Shown: positions 23,061 through 37,410 of the stretch, piece by piece
How positions within the stretch are numbered: the stretch's first letter is position 1
Layout of the letters: each line of letters opens with the position of its first letter
NCBI RefSeq assembly: GCF_004010195.1
Contig: NC_057720.1
Span: 17,168,603-17,232,602, forward strand
DNA: 64,000 nucleotides
Origin: Chiloscyllium plagiosum
Lineage: Eukaryota
Direction of reading: 5' to 3'
Notes under the pieces: model-generated
Databases searched by the model: none
Told to the model about the DNA's origin: nothing
What the model saw: the letters and a program-made list of their open reading frames with translations, nothing else
Program-made: the position numbers and the translations under genes

Positions 23061-25209
23061 TTACTATTTTGACTTACTTTTGACTGTAGTCATTGTTGTT
23101 ACACTGCACCATCCCACCAATAGCAACAAGGTAAAATCATTTAGAGGTGTTGGTTGAGGGCAAGTATTGGCCACAGCACTTGGATATACTGTACAAGTAA
23201 CAACATAACCCTCTTATCTCTTTCTCAATCTGGTTTTAGTCAGTTCTCAGGATTTCAAATTTTAAAAAAAATCAACATTTATGTTAAAAAACATAATAAA
23301 TGATAAGAATCTTCAGACTGTCAAAAAATGTCAACTGCCATTATACAAATGATTCAAAAATACTCAATGATGATATTACTAATAAATAGAAACAAAAGAA
23401 GATAAATACCAGAAATGTTCCACTTCTGTTTTACAGCATTACCAGTAAAATGTGGACATATTAGTAGAAATCAGATTTATTTATTTTTGATTGAATTCAA
23501 ATTGGTGGTTAAAAAGATACCACAAAAGATAGCAGACTGTGCCAAAAAGGTTTGTCCACTGTAATGTACACAGAGACGAAGTGAACTTTAATCTACAATT
23601 AAGTTACTTAACAATATATTTACTGTTCCGTGTATACAGAAAAAAAAACATTGTTCACCTAAAGCCATTCTTAACAATTCAGCAAAATGACAGCTATTCA
23701 ATGTCAATGACAATTAAGTTTGCCAGCCAGTCCGCAATGTTTGGCATTTACAAGCATTTCTTGAAAACATTGGGCTCATTAATTCTAATTACAATCTGGA
23801 GCAAAAAGACATTGATCAAATATGAAAACTCGTGATAATGCTAGATATTTAAAATACAACAAAATTACAGGAAAAGGTACCATATTAGGTTACTAAACCT
23901 ATTCAAAACTTTCAACAGCAGCATTGGTTGAGGACATCTACCTTTTAATAACCAACATGCTTTCCGGCTTTGAAAAACAACCAGCAACACTTTTGGATTT
24001 CACAGAATATTGCTGGTTTTAACTAGAAGTAGTTTTAATTACATGAATCAATCCCATTATTTAACAGGTCATGCATTAGTTTTGATGGTCTGATTGACTA
24101 CTTTGATTGTTTCAAATGCATATTTATTCAAATGGCATCATTTCTGAAATAATTCAAGACAATATGACAAGATATATCAGAAAACAGGTAAGTCACCTAA
24201 AACAAAATCAAAATCCAAGGTGTGTGGTCAAATTCACAATTCAGAGCACCATTACATTCAAAATAATAAAAATACAAGGCAAATAAAAATGGGACTAAAA
24301 GTCAGATTAATTGCTAAACATGACTGTATTTAAGCTTTTAGTGATATTCAGAACAATAATTATTTGTTTTCAAGGAAAAACATGACTAATTTGTTTACAT
24401 ATATGGAGACGATTAGTTAGTTTATTTTTCTGTGCAAGTGTAAACTTGAATCATAAGTTCAGTAGAAAATCAGAACTTTTCCATAAATTGGGGAACTGAC
24501 CATCAAATAAGATGAAAAGTTTACTCATTTATTTCACTTGCACTGCCAATAGCTGCATCTTAAAAAATGTAAGCTGAAATATCAATGTGGAAAACAAAAC
24601 AAATTTAATTAGTGCATGTGAATTGGGTTTTGAGTTACCACTCTACATTTTTCCACAATGACACACTATGGAAACTTGATGCACTATGACTTTGTATGTA
24701 TAAAACATTTAACACAATTTTAACACTACAACTATCATTAATGGCACTGGAGTTTTTACAATAGCTTGCACTGATATGAAGATAAACAGAAGAAGATAAA
24801 ATAAAAGTATACAGAAACATGCTTTAAATGCTCTTCCATCAAGAACACCGAGTGGGTTGATTAATTAAACTAACATGAAAGCCATTCTTGATCCCAGAAA
24901 ACACGATTAAGCAGGATGCTTTCAGCTAGATGTAATAACACAATTCGCAGGGTTTTAAAGCAGCTCTAGAGTTAGCAGGATAGAGTACTTCTATTCATAA
25001 TGAAGTTACCTCAGGTTCCTTGTAACCGTAACTCAATGAAAGTTAAGGTGGACCAGAAATAAAGAATCTGAATCGCAGGTAGGCCAATTTTAATGTGATC
25101 GATAGGTCCTGGTCAAAGTGGACTGCAAGCAGCTACTTGTCAGAAAATCTACATCAGAGAAGTGATAGTTTGAAAAAGGGAACAGAGTTCAGGGCCTACA
25201 TCAAAAGCA

Positions 25210-25530
25210 CAATGGGTCCACATTGACCCTCCAAAGAGTATCCCATCCAGTCCCACCATCCCCATTGTGGTAACCCTGTAACCCTGCATTTCCCATGGCT
25301 AATCCACCTAGCCCACACATCCTGGACACCACAGGGCAATTTAGCATGGCCAATTCACCTAACCTACACATCTTTGGACTGTGGAAGGAAACTGGAGTAC
25401 CAAGAGAATACCCTGTAGACACAGGAAAAAGATGCAAAGTCCACACAGATAGTTGCCAGAGGCTAGAATTGAACCTGGGTCCCTAGCGCTATGAGGCAGC
25501 AGTGCTAACCATTGAGCCATTGTGCCACCC
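25210..25530 (-). mobile_element. HE1-type V-SINE
   Basis: gggcaatttagcatggccaattcacctaacc...gaggcagcagtgctaaccattgagccattgtgccaccc. Confidence 0.88.
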
Positions 25531-25574
25531 CTACATGCTCCCATAAAGTTAGTGGGTGGCACCAACATACCTTG

Positions 25575-27375
25575 GATGTTGAGTAATATAGAGGATTAAA
25601 TAAGGAGCGTAAAGGAAATACATGGTAAATTTCAAGGACTCAGGTAAATAGGAAATGCAAAGTGTTGCTTAAAAAAATTAGGGAAGTGAAGAGGGAAGCA
25701 TGAGAAAACACAGGTACGTAAAATGAAAGAAAATCCAAAAGGCATTTTATAGTACATTAAGGGCAAGAGGTTACCCAGGGAAAAAAAAACAGAGCCCATT
25801 AAGGACCAAAAGTCGCAAACTGAATGGAGCTGAAAGACATAGCTGATGTTCTGAATGAATATTTTGCATCTGTATTAACTATAGTGAAGGACAATGAGGC
25901 ATTTAAAATCAGGGAGGAGAATGTGATATGCTTGAGCAAATTACAATTGAGAGGAAGGGGGCATTAGCAGTTATAGCAGTCTTAAAATTGTATAATTCCC
26001 AGATGAGATCCATCACAGGCTGTTGTGGGAGGCAAAGAAGAAGTCAGCAGCATCCTTCAAATTATTATTCAAGTCTTCTCTTGCCACAGGAGAGGTGCCA
26101 GAATACTGGAGGACTGCTGATGTGGTTTATTCCATTTTACCATTATTCAAGAAGAGTGATAGGGATAAACTAAGGTACGATATCCCAGTGGTCTAACATC
26201 TAGCATCTGTAGTAGGAAAATCTTTGGAAAGATTCTGAGGGATACAATTAATCTCTAGGATTAATCAAAGATAATAGTTGAATAGTTTTGTCAGGGAGAG
26301 ATCATGTCTGTTTGACAGGTTTGATTGAGTTTTGAGGAGGTGACTAGATATGTGGATGAGTGTAGCTACTGGGTATAATCTGTATGGACTACATTAAAGC
26401 TTCTGCTAAGGAGTCACATGGGAGACTAGTCAAGAAGGTAGCCCATGTGATCCAGGCCAATTTGGCAAATTGGATCTAAAATTGGCTTCGTGTCAGGGAG
26501 GTAGAGGTTGATGGTTGAGAGTCGTTTTTCTAACTGGAAACCTGTGTCCCCTGGCATGCTGTGGGTTTTCTGATGGATCCTTTGCTGTTTGCAGTGTACG
26601 TTAATGATGTTTTGAAGTTTGATCAGTAAGTTTGTAAATGACATGAGAGTTGGCAGTGTAGTAAATAGCAAGGAGGAAAGCCTTAAATGAATAGTGAAGA
26701 GGAAAGCCTTAAACCACAAGACAATATAACATGGTCCGGCAGATGGGCAGAACAGTGATATATAAAATTTAATCCAGAAAAGTATGAAGCAATGCATTTT
26801 GGGAGGAATAATAAGGCGAGTACACAATGAGTGGGAGGAACCTTGGAAGTACAGAGCAGAAGGGAAGGCAAAGAGGATACTATATTTTATTAGTTGAGGC
26901 ACTGAATATTACAGCAGATAGTTTATAATGTTAAGATGTTAGTTACGCCACAGCTGGAGTACTATGTACATTTCTGGTCACCACACCATAATAAGAACGT
27001 GATTGCTGTAGACAGGGTGCAGAGGAGATTCATGAGGGTTGTGCAGGGGCTGGAGTGTTTCTGAGGAAGGGTCACTGGACCCAAAATGTTAATTGATTCC
27101 TCTTCACAGATGCTGCCAGACCTGCTGAGCTTTTCCAGTAACTTCAGGATTTAAAGATAACTTTTTTTCCCACCCAGATAATGGTGGATATATGGAACTG
27201 AAGGGGTGGTAGAGGTGGGAAACATCATAACGTTTAAGAAATACCTGGAAAACTCTTGAAATGCAAAAGCATTCATGGCTATGGACCAAGCGTTGAAAAG
27301 TAGGACTAGAGTAGATATGTGCTTGATGACCAGCAATGACATGATGGCCTCTTTACATGCTGTAAAACTGACTCT
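25575..27375 (+). mobile_element. CR1 LINE ORF2 relic with a family B pLTR insert at about 27060-27145
   Basis: Degenerate KENPK.FY.YIKGKR, LNEYFASV, RT motifs and ctggagtactatgtacatttctgg. Insert reads ctgaggaagggtcactggacccaaaatgtt...cacagatgctgccagacctgctgag. Confidence 0.85.
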
Positions 27376-27526
27376 ATTGCTGTGACATCATGGAATGGCC
27401 ACAAGAAGTAAAGATCCAATTCAAGGACCTTCTAAAAAAAAATAAGATTTTTATTTAAAAAATGCACAAAAGCAAATCGGTGTAATTGCTTTTCCAAGGG
27501 TGTGATTAGTCGAGCTTTCCATGAAG

Positions 27527-27658
27527 CACAGCAGGTCAGGAAGGGCTTATGCTCAAATGTCGATTCTCCTGCTCCTCGGAGGTTGCCTGACCTGCTGTCT
27601 TTTCTAGCACCACACTCTTGACTCTGAGCTCCAGCATCTGCAGTCCTCACTTTCTCCT
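27527..27658. mobile_element. family A Penelope-derived element
   Basis: 14 bp TSD agctttc(c/t)atgaag at 27513-27526 and 27659-27672; ends ccagcatctgcagtcctcactttctcct. Confidence 0.8.
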
Positions 27659-28013
27659 AGCTTTCTATGAAGAATGGAAAAAGTAGTGGTTTTTTTCAGT
27701 TCTTCTCCCTGGAGGCAAGATGTCCATGAACTCAAAATACTTTGCTTCCTTTTAACAAAGAAAAAGTCTTATGCTCAATTTTATTAGGATTAGTGTACTT
27801 ACTAGGGATATCTGCTTTATTGATCTTTGCAGCATCCAAAGCAGTTTTTAAATACTTAATCATGGAATAATGGAATGGCTTACTCATGTTGAGTTACAAA
27901 TGGTTTCAACTCATCCAGGGCTTTATAATGTTCTTTGGAAGAGGTAGAAAGGAGTCTAGCTCCAACTTAATCCCCAAGCCACCATTAAATAGCAGTGGGT
28001 TCAGGATGTAATT

Positions 28014-28138
28014 GGGCGAAGGTGAGGACTGCAGATGCTGGAGATTAGAGTCAAGATTAGAGTGGTGCTGGAAATGCACAGCAGGTCAGGCAATATCCGA
28101 GGACCAGGAAAATAGACATTTCGGACAGGAGGCCTTCA
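28014..28138. mobile_element. family A Penelope-derived element (single arm)
   Basis: gtgaggactgcagatgctggag...ccttcatcagg. Flanks tcaggatgtaatt (28001-28013) and tcaggtgtaatt (28139-28150). Confidence 0.75.
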
Positions 28139-28569
28139 TCAGGTGTAATTAGCTCATTAATAAGCTATATGATACCCAATGCTAGGAGCCAGGAATCAAG
28201 TCAGTCCCTTCCATCATCAAACTTGAACAAGGAACGATCTCATTACTGCCACAAGACTGATGGCCAACAAGATACCCAGCACAATAGGCTGCAAAAAAAA
28301 AATACAGCCCAGTACATCTCTTTAAAATGCTAATGAGTGTTTGGGAAGATTTACTTAAGCACTTACTCATAACTTGACTGATGATTTGTCTCTTCTCTCC
28401 TCAACCAACCACAGTGTCTGTGTTTCTATTCTCACTTTGCTAGTATTTCTCATGTGTTCCTGCTACACAATGTGCTAATATTGCTCCTCACGACTCAAGT
28501 GTGCAAATGCTTACATTCTATACCCAGTCACCACAAATACTCATGTTTCCCTTCTCAGCACACCCTCCA

Positions 28570-29445
28570 AAGAACAAACTATTTTTCAGCAAGGTTCCAA
28601 CACCAAACATATCTCCCTTTGCTCTCTTCAGGGCCCTGTCCTTCTGACACCCTGCTCCACTCTTTCACCACTCAATGTTTTCTCACTCCCCTATGGACCT
28701 TTACCATACAACCGCAAGAGGTCTCACACTGCTCATTCACCACCGTCCAAAACCCCAAACATACCTTCAAGGTGAAGCAGCATTTTATTTGTACTTCTTT
28801 CAATCTAATCTACTGAATTCAATGTTCACAATATTTTATATTGATGAAACCAAATGAAAATTAAATGACTGCTTTGCAGAACACCTTCACTTTGTCTCAA
28901 GGAATGATGGAAATGACTCCAACCTTCCAGCTGCTTACCATTTCAATGAATCACTTTGCTCCCATCCTAACACTTTCCTCCTTGGCCTGACTACAAAGTT
29001 CCAATGAAGTTCAACACAAACTGGAGGTACAGCACCTCATTTTCCACTTAGGCACGTTACAGTATCTAGAACCCAATATGATGAGCTCCATAACTTCAGT
29101 ATATAAACTCTGTACTCCATTTTTCTTACATTCTCCCACCCTCCCCCATCTGTGTCTTGTTGGCTTTACTCTCAGCAGAACGGATCCATTTTCTCCTTTC
29201 AAAGATATGCAAAATAGGTGTAAATGTTAGCTATCGCTTCTTTACTGCTATTATCACGGTCTTTTTTCACAGCACACTCACCATCTGTTCCGCTTGCTAC
29301 TCCTCCCCCTCTGTTGCCTGCATAAAAACAATTTTCTAGTTCCTTTCAGTTCCAAAGAGTCATACTGGACTCAAAATATTAACTGGTTATGTCTCCACAG
29401 ATGCTGCAGACGTGCTGACTTTCTCCAGCACTTTGTTTTTATAAC
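28570..29445 (+). mobile_element. decayed Penelope-like element (Neptune-type GIY-YIG) with family B pLTR
   Basis: QHFICTSFNLIY*IQC...YIDETK*KLNDCFAEHL matches FTCTS.N.VY.I.C..C...YIGETKR.L.DRF.EH. The 3' pLTR reads gagtcatactggactcaaaatattaact...tctccacagatgctgc. Confidence 0.78.
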
Positions 29446-30064
29446 TGAATCACTCGCCTCAAATCACTGTTCAAATCATCATATCTTTATCTAACTTCCT
29501 AACAATCTCATATTAATCAGGAACTATACATGACTTCATCATAACACATCACAACTTATACATAGTGCCAGCTTATCATCCTGAAAGTCAAATAAGCCAC
29601 AATGGTTGCATTCCATTCAGTGAAACACTTTCCACACTCTTGCAAGACAAGGGTGGTGCGCAAATGAGGCTACAGGAGCTATCTTGAGGAAGGTTGTATG
29701 TTTGCATGTCTTAATCTTCAGAGGAGGGGCTGCTGGCCATTACTGAAATGCCCCTTGCTGTGGTGGTGGCCTGGAGTGAGACAGAAACCAAAGATGACAA
29801 CATCTTTGTAGATGATGTTTTGCATTCCATCCACCCTTCATCCCACACTATCTTCCAAAGTGCAAGCTGCAGATGGTGCAAAACCTCTCTTACTTTCTTC
29901 CAATCACAGACCACATCTTTTCCCATTTCAATATACAAGATCTACAATCTGGTCAGGCAGAAAGAGTAATGAAGAAAACCCAACACTATCTTCTGATTTC
30001 ATACATACATTTGCCAGCTGACACTGTGTGAATCTTTAATTTTTTAAAATTCATTCACCGGCAT

Positions 30065-30840
30065 AAACTTGGCAAATGCAATATATAACGTGGATTTATA
30101 TGAAGCTATCTACTTTGGTTGCAAAAACAAGGCGGCAGATTATTATCTGAATGGTGGCAGTTTACGAAAAGGTGAGATGCAACGAGACCTGGGTGTCACG
30201 GTGGAACAATCACTGGAAGGTTGGCATGCCGGTACAGCAAGCAGCGAGGAAGGCTAACGGCATGCTGGCTTTCATAGCGAGAGGATTTGAGTATCAGAGT
30301 ATGACTGTCTTGCTGCAGTTATAGAGGGCCTTGGTGATGTCACACCTTGATTATTATATGCAGTTTTGGCCTCCTAGTCTGAGGAAGGATATTCTTGCTA
30401 TTGAGGGAGCCCAATGAAGGTTCACCAGACTGATTCCTGGGATGGCAAAACTGACATGAGGAAAGACTGGATCGAGTGGGTTTGCGTTCACTGGAATTTA
30501 GAAGAATGAGGTGGAATCTCATAGAAAGATATAAAATCCTGATGGAATTGGACATGCTAGATGTGGGAAGAATGTTCTCAATGTTGGGAAATCCAGATTA
30601 GGGGTCACAGTCTAAGAATAAGGGGTAAGCAATTCAGGACTGAGATGAGGAAGAATTTCTTCACTTAGAGAGAGCTGTGAACCTGTGGAATTCTCTCCCA
30701 CAGGAAGCTGTTGAGGGAATTAGATATAGTCAAGAGAGAGCTGGACATAGCCCTTGTGGCTAAAGGGATCAAGGGGAATGGGATGCTGAGATTGTATAAT
30801 CAGCCATGATCATATTGAATGGAAGTGCTGGCTCGAAGTG
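30065..30840 (+). mobile_element. CR1 LINE 3' fragment
   Basis: ADYYLNG...QRDLGV, aggttcaccagactgattcctgggatgg, and tail cagccatgatcatattgaatgg. Confidence 0.88.
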
Positions 30841-32093
30841 CTTGCTATATAGCTGGTGGCATGAATGTGCCCTCCAGGTGACGAGGTTGTGCAGTATACA
30901 AACCACTACCAATCCTGAAATAATAGCCAGAGGAAATCAACTAGGAACTAGTCTGTATGCATTTCATGATCCCTTTAAATCCCTTTCTCTTGCTGCTGAA
31001 TAGCTGTGTAGCTGTGCCAGATTAGTATAGAATGCCCGAGTTCAAGTTTCACCTACTCCAGAAATGTTACAGCATGTCTGAACAGGTTGATTAAAAATAT
31101 TTAGGACATTAGTTGGAGCACTGACCTCTAAATCTACACCACTGGTGTGAAATGAGCATGGCACCCTCACCGACATGATTTGTCTGCTATATGGACTCCT
31201 GGTGAATCTTCACTGCCTGCAAGTAAACATTTTCACTAAAATAGCACTGGTGGCATACATCATTTGAGCATTTACATGCACTGCATATGCAGTTTTGGAG
31301 CTCCAAGTGCGCTTGAAGCACCCAAAAAAACAAGCTCAATTTCTGGGTGGGATGCTCTTCAGAGAGTCGGTATAGACATGGTTGGCCAAATGGCCTCTTT
31401 CCAGTGAAAACAAATTCACTCGATCCAATGACTTCATGCCTCCTGCCCCCACCATGCACAGAATGTTACAGGTTCGCATCCCCTCTCCCCAACAGAATGT
31501 TACAAGTTTACATATACTTAAGTATTATTCATTGGTTTTAAGTAATACCTGTTACCAAGCTCATACATAACCTGTGCAAAGTAGTCATTTATTTGCGTGG
31601 GAGTTTAGTATAATTAGTTTATATGTCTGAAACATGATATTTAACATAAGTTTTGACTCAGTTAACAGATTTGTTATTCACTCTAAGTCTACACTGAACA
31701 GATTCCAGCTATTTCCAACTTATTTGGACTATCAATTTATGGATTCAACAAAATAGTACCTCTCAGCTAAAAGTGCAGTTTAAAAAAAACTAAAACTTTA
31801 TACAAATAATCTCTACAATATATTTATATGTTTCCAAGTGTCAACTGACATCTGGATTCATTTAAAATATAACTAAAAAGTTCATTTTCTGATTTGAAGA
31901 TAAATGCTATGCAGCAGAAACAAACAACACTTGTTTTTCAGCAAGTTTTGTCATCTGGCCAATAATCTCAATAATCTGGTGTGAAATATCAGGACACAGC
32001 AATTTAATAGTATAGACTCAGTTTAAGAAAGGCTGATACACAGTTCCAATAAAACTAGCATATGGTAGATTTAAAAAAGGGGAATATTTTGAA

Positions 32094-32398
32094 GTTGGCT
32101 CAGTGGTTAGTACTGCTGCCTCACAGCTCCAGGGACCCGGTTTTGATTTCACCCTTGGGTAATTGTATGGAGTTTGCATGTTTTTCCCCGGTTGCTCTGG
32201 TTTCCTCCTATGGTTCAAAGATGTGCAGGTTAGGTAGTTTGGCCATACTAAAGTGCCCATAGTGTCTATGCAGATTAACCATGGGGAAATTAGAGTTATA
32301 GGGATAAAGTAGGAGTTGAGTCTGGGTGAGATGTTCTTTGGATGGTTGGTGTGGACTCGATGGACCAAATTGCCTGTTTCCACACTGTATTCTATGAT
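32094..32398 (+). mobile_element. HE1-type V-SINE
   Basis: tggctcagtggttagtactgctgcctcacagctccagggacccgg...cctgtttccacactgta. Confidence 0.85.
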
Positions 32399-32904
32399 GA
32401 TATATGGCAAGTATTTATATTTGTACCATACAAGTGTGAGGCAATGATCATCTCTAAGGAGTCAGAATTTAACCACATTGATAGTCCCGGCAATTGCTGA
32501 ACCCCATCAATATACTTGGAGCTGCCATTTATAAGAAACTCTACTGAACAAGCCTCAGAAATACAATGGAAATTAGAGCACATCAGCTGCTTGCTGCATG
32601 AACTAGTCTATCCTCTTCATTCTACAAATCTTTGGCATACTTAAAAAGACAGAAGTCAGAAATGTGATGGAATATTCTCCAAATCTAACAATATCCAAGA
32701 AGCCTGATGACAACCAGGACACAGTAGTCCATCTTATCAAGAACCAACCATCTTAAACACCCACTCCCTCTGCCACCAGCATGCCAAAGCTTCAGCGCAT
32801 ACTACAAGGCTCTCATCAGACAGCAACTGGAATATTGAGTGCAATTTTGGGCTGTGTATCAAAGAATGGAGGCGGAGGGGGTGATAGAGAGGAGTTGGGA
32901 TGTG

Positions 32905-33190
32905 GGTTTGATTCAGATAACCGTCTGTGTGGGGTTTGCACTTTCTCTCTGCGTTTGCGTGGATTTCTGCCGGGCGCTCCAGTGTCCTCCCAGAGTCCAA
33001 AGATTGGGTGGGCTAAATCATCCGTAGTGTCTAGGGATGTGCAGGCGAGGTGGATTAGCCCTGACAAATGCAGAATTATGGGGATTGGATAGGGGCTGGA
33101 TCTGGGTGGGTGCTTTTCAGAGGGTCAGTGCAGACTTGATAAGCTAAACGGCCTTCTACTGTACTGATAAGGATTCTATGATTCTATTCT
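32905..33190 (+). mobile_element. HE1-type V-SINE, 5'-truncated
   Basis: gtctgtgtggggtttgcac...gggcgctccagtgtcctcccagagtccaaagat...gattctatgattcta. Confidence 0.75.
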
Positions 33191-34516
33191 AACATAATGT
33201 CCAAATCATAGATCCCAACTTGGACATACATCATTTTTATTTCATTGTTACAGGGTATGGATCCTGGAATGTATATGTGAATACTTTCATCTTTTGGACT
33301 GCTAGAATTCAAGAAGAACGGTCACTACAAGGACAACTACAATTGATTAATAAAGGGGAAAAAATTGGAGACCAATATTTAACAGACATTTGGATGGTAT
33401 GAATAGGAAAGGTTTAGAGTAATATGGGCCAAACGCAGGCAAGTGAGACAAGTTTGGTTTAGGAAACCTGGTCAGCATGGACAAGTTGAATGGAGGGTCT
33501 GTGCGTATGATTCTATAATTAAGTTTGAAAAACACATATGAAAGACTTTACAAAGCATAAAACAGAAGGAGCAATGGGGCAATGGTAACATCACTGCATT
33601 AATAATCCATTGTCCCAAATTAAAATTCTCGGGACACGGATTCAAATCTAACCATGGATGATCGTGACATTTGAATTCAATAAAATCATAAGGTAAACAA
33701 TTAGTGAACACATAACTATTATCACAAATACCCAACTGGTTCACTGAGGTCTTTTAGGGAAAGAAATTTGCTATTACTACCTGGTCAGGCATACACACAA
33801 CTCCATATCCAAGACAATATGGTTAACTCTTTACTGACTTCATATACTTGCCAAGATGTCACTTAAACATTGCTATTTTATCTATTTCTACAATCTCCTC
33901 TAACAGCACATTACACACAAGGTGATAGGTGCCTGTAAGAAATCTGCCTCATCTCCTTCAAACTTATGTTGATGGAAGTGCACTTATCCAGGCAAGTGGA
34001 GGAGTATTCCATAACACTCCTGACTTGGACCTTGGAGGTGGCAGACAGGCTTTTGGGAATCAGGAACAGAATTGCTCATTGCATGATTCCTAGCTTCTCA
34101 CCTGTTCTTGCGGTCACAATATTTATATGGCTAGTCTGTTTCATTTTCTGGTCAATGGTAATCCCTAGATATTTATAATGGGGGACTCAGCTACGGCAAT
34201 GTCATTGAATGTCAAATGGTAATTAGTTAGATTCTCTCTTGTTAGAATTGGTCATTTCCTGGAACCTTTGTCAAGAATAGTCCCTGTCACCTTACTTCTG
34301 GAATTCAACTCTTGTTCATGTTTGAACCAAACGTGTAATGAGATCAGGAGTTCAGTAGTCCTAGTGAAGCCCAAATGAATTTAAATTCAGTAAATTGATA
34401 TCTGGAATGGAAAACTAATTTCACAGTTCCCATTTTGGGACTATCAATTATAGTTTAAAAATTCAGTTGCTTCATTAGTGTCTTTGAGGGAAACAAATCT
34501 TCTATCTTTACTTAGT

Positions 34517-34544
34517 CTAGCCTAGCCTAGCCTAGCCTAGCCTA
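34517..34544. repeat. (CCTAG)n microsatellite
   Basis: ctagcctagcctagcctagcctagccta. Confidence 0.9.
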
Positions 34545-35069
34545 AATGTGACTCCAGAAATAACAAGTGACTGACTCTTAGCTCCCAGGTTTGGCTTGAC
34601 TATGACAGCAGGCACCTTGATAACAACAAGCAAAAGGGTGTTTTACAGATATTGTATTGAAATAAGTTTCAACTTATCTGGGATTTTCTAGCTGTCATGC
34701 AGTTACATAAATGCCTCAGCAACTAATAGCAGCAAATCAGAATCAAGGTGATGGTTTACAGTTGGAAGTGGCCTGTCTCTGCAATCAATGTACATTGAGG
34801 TAATGTTTACATAATGACATGTAGGGAAGATGCAAAAGAGGACAACAGTAGTACAGCATTGGAAAAGACAATGCAGTCCACACCTGTCAGGCCATGGAGA
34901 AGTACCAACACTCATCAGTCACTCAAATATCTTATCCAAATTTCCCTCAAAATTTCCCTATGCTGTCTGTCTTCCTCAATACTGCATTTAACATGTTCAC
35001 CATCAAAATCTAAACTTCTTTAGATGAGCTTCTTTCAATTGAGAACCAGTTACAGATCAAGATAGAGCT

Positions 35070-37410
35070 GCATAGACGTTGTAAGTTCCTTAAGTCTCAG
35101 GCAAAATCACTGGTAAAAATGAGGCCACCTGGGTAGAGTCCAGAAATAGAAAAAGGGCAATTACCTTACTGGGAGTATGCCAGACACCTCCCAACAGATT
35201 GTGGGAGACAGAGGAGCAGATTTGTAGGCAAATCACAGAAAGGTGTGAGAGAAACAGGATTTAGTTGTAGAGGGCTTCAATTTTTGGTAATATTAACTGA
35301 AATCACCTTTGTGTGAAAGGATTAGATGGGATGAAACTTTTCAAGTGCATCCTATAGACCTTTTCGTGCCAGCACATAGTCCGACTTGAGATGGGACAGT
35401 GCTGAACCTAATCCTAGAGAATGAAGCCAGTCAAGTGGTTAAAGTTTCAATGGGAGAGCACTTTGGGAATAGTGACAATAACTAAGTTTCAAAGTCATTA
35501 TGGAAAGGGATAAGGATAGTGCAAAAGTTAAGTATCTGATTTGGGGGAAGCTGATTTTAATATCTTTAGACAGGATCTGGCAAACATAAGCTGGGAGCAG
35601 CTACTTGCAAGCAAGTCTACATTTGGGAAGTGTGAGGCTTTCAACAGTAGTGAAAATTCAAGGCCAGCAAGTCCCTCCAAGAGTGAAGGGCAAGAACAGG
35701 AAGTCCAGGGAACTCTAGATGTCAAAGAATATCGAGAGTTTCGTAAAGAAAAATAAGGAAACACATGTCTCTTCAAGCACTTCAGAAATATGGAGAATGT
35801 AGGAGGCTACTTAAATAGGAAATTAGGAGGGCAAAGAAGGATCACGAAATATCATTGGCAACTGGGATGAAGAAAAACCCCTAAGGCTTTTTATAACTAT
35901 ATTAAAAGTAAGGAAGATTACCAGAGAAACAGTGGGAACTATTAGAGACCAAAGGGGTAACCTGTGCATGCAGTCAATGGATGTGGGTGAGGTCTTAAAT
36001 GAATACTTCTCATCTATACATTGTAGCCAGGAATTGCAGTTAGAAAGATGACGTTCTCGAAAAATTAAGATGAAGAAGGTGGAGGATTTAGATGTTTTAG
36101 GAGGCATTTATGTGCATAAATCCCTAGGGCCCAAGACATATCCCAGGCTGTTTTGGAAGGCAAGGGAGGTGATTGCTGGAGCTCTACTAGATATATTTAA
36201 TACTTCGCTAGCCACAAGTGAAGTGGTGGATGACTGAGAAAAGCTAATGTGATTCCTTTGTTCAAGAAGGGCAGCAGGGATAGGCCATGTAATTACAGAC
36301 TAGTTAGTCTGTTGTTAATGGTAGGAAAATTATTGAAAAAGATTCTGAAGGATAGAATTAATCAATACTTGGAAAAGCATGGATTAATCAGGGATACTCA
36401 ACATTGATTTATTGGGAGATCCTGTCTGACTAATTGAGTTTTTTGAAGACATGACTACATATATTGATGAGGGTAACACAGTCGATATGGCTTACATGGA
36501 CTTTAGTAAGGCCTTTGAAAGGTTCTAATTGGAAGGCTGATACAAAAGAAAAGAACCCATGGAATCCAAGACAGTTTGACAAACTGGCAAAACCAGCTTA
36601 CAAACAAGAGGCAGAGGGTGATGGTGGATGTTTTTTTGTAAATGGAAGCCTGTGACAAGCAGTGTACCACAGGGATCGGTGTTGGGTCCCTTGCTATTTA
36701 TTATGTAAATTAATGACGAATGGGAATGTAGAAGGTAAAATTACTAAATTTGTAGATGATAAAAAAAATTGGAGTTGTTGTCAATAATGAGGACTGTCTC
36801 AGCCTACAATCTGATATTGACCATTGGTAAATTGGACAGAACAATGGCAGATGAAATGTAATCCTGGTAAGTGTGAGGGATGCATTCTCGGAGATCTAAA
36901 CATGGAAGGGTACATACAATGAATGTTAGAGCTGCAGGGTGTACTGAGGAACAAAGGGACCTCAGTGTACAATTCCACAGATTCTTGAAGGTGTCAGCAC
37001 AAGTAGACAAGATGGTGAAAAAGGCATGTGGATGCTTGCCTTAATTGGCTAGGACATAGAATTTCAGACCAAGTATGTCTTGTTATGACTTTATAAAACA
37101 TAGGTTAAGCCACTGATGGAATACTGTGTGCAGCTCTGGTTATCACACTATCTGAAGTATGTGATTGCACTGGAGAGGGTGCAGAGGAGGTACACCAGCA
37201 TGTTGCCTGGGCGGAAAAGTCTCAGATATGAGGAGAGGCTGGATAGGTTCGGTCTGTTTTGTTTGGAGCAAAGGAGGCTTTTGTGTTGGGGGAGTGGGGA
37301 TCTGATTGAGGGATATAAGGATTGACAAACACATTCACATTAGCTCATGAGAATCTCTTCCTCATGGCAGACATGTCTAAAACCAGAGGGCATAAATGTA
37401 ACGTGAGGAG
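35070..37410 (+). mobile_element. long CR1 LINE ORF2 relic (endonuclease through RT to C-terminus)
   Basis: Degenerate endonuclease (ggagagcactttgggaatagtgacaataac), RT (atggactttagtaaggcctttga; gtaccacagggatcggtgttgggtccc; aaatttgtagatgat) and EYCVQLW..ALERVQRR motifs, with many frameshifts. Confidence 0.9.
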
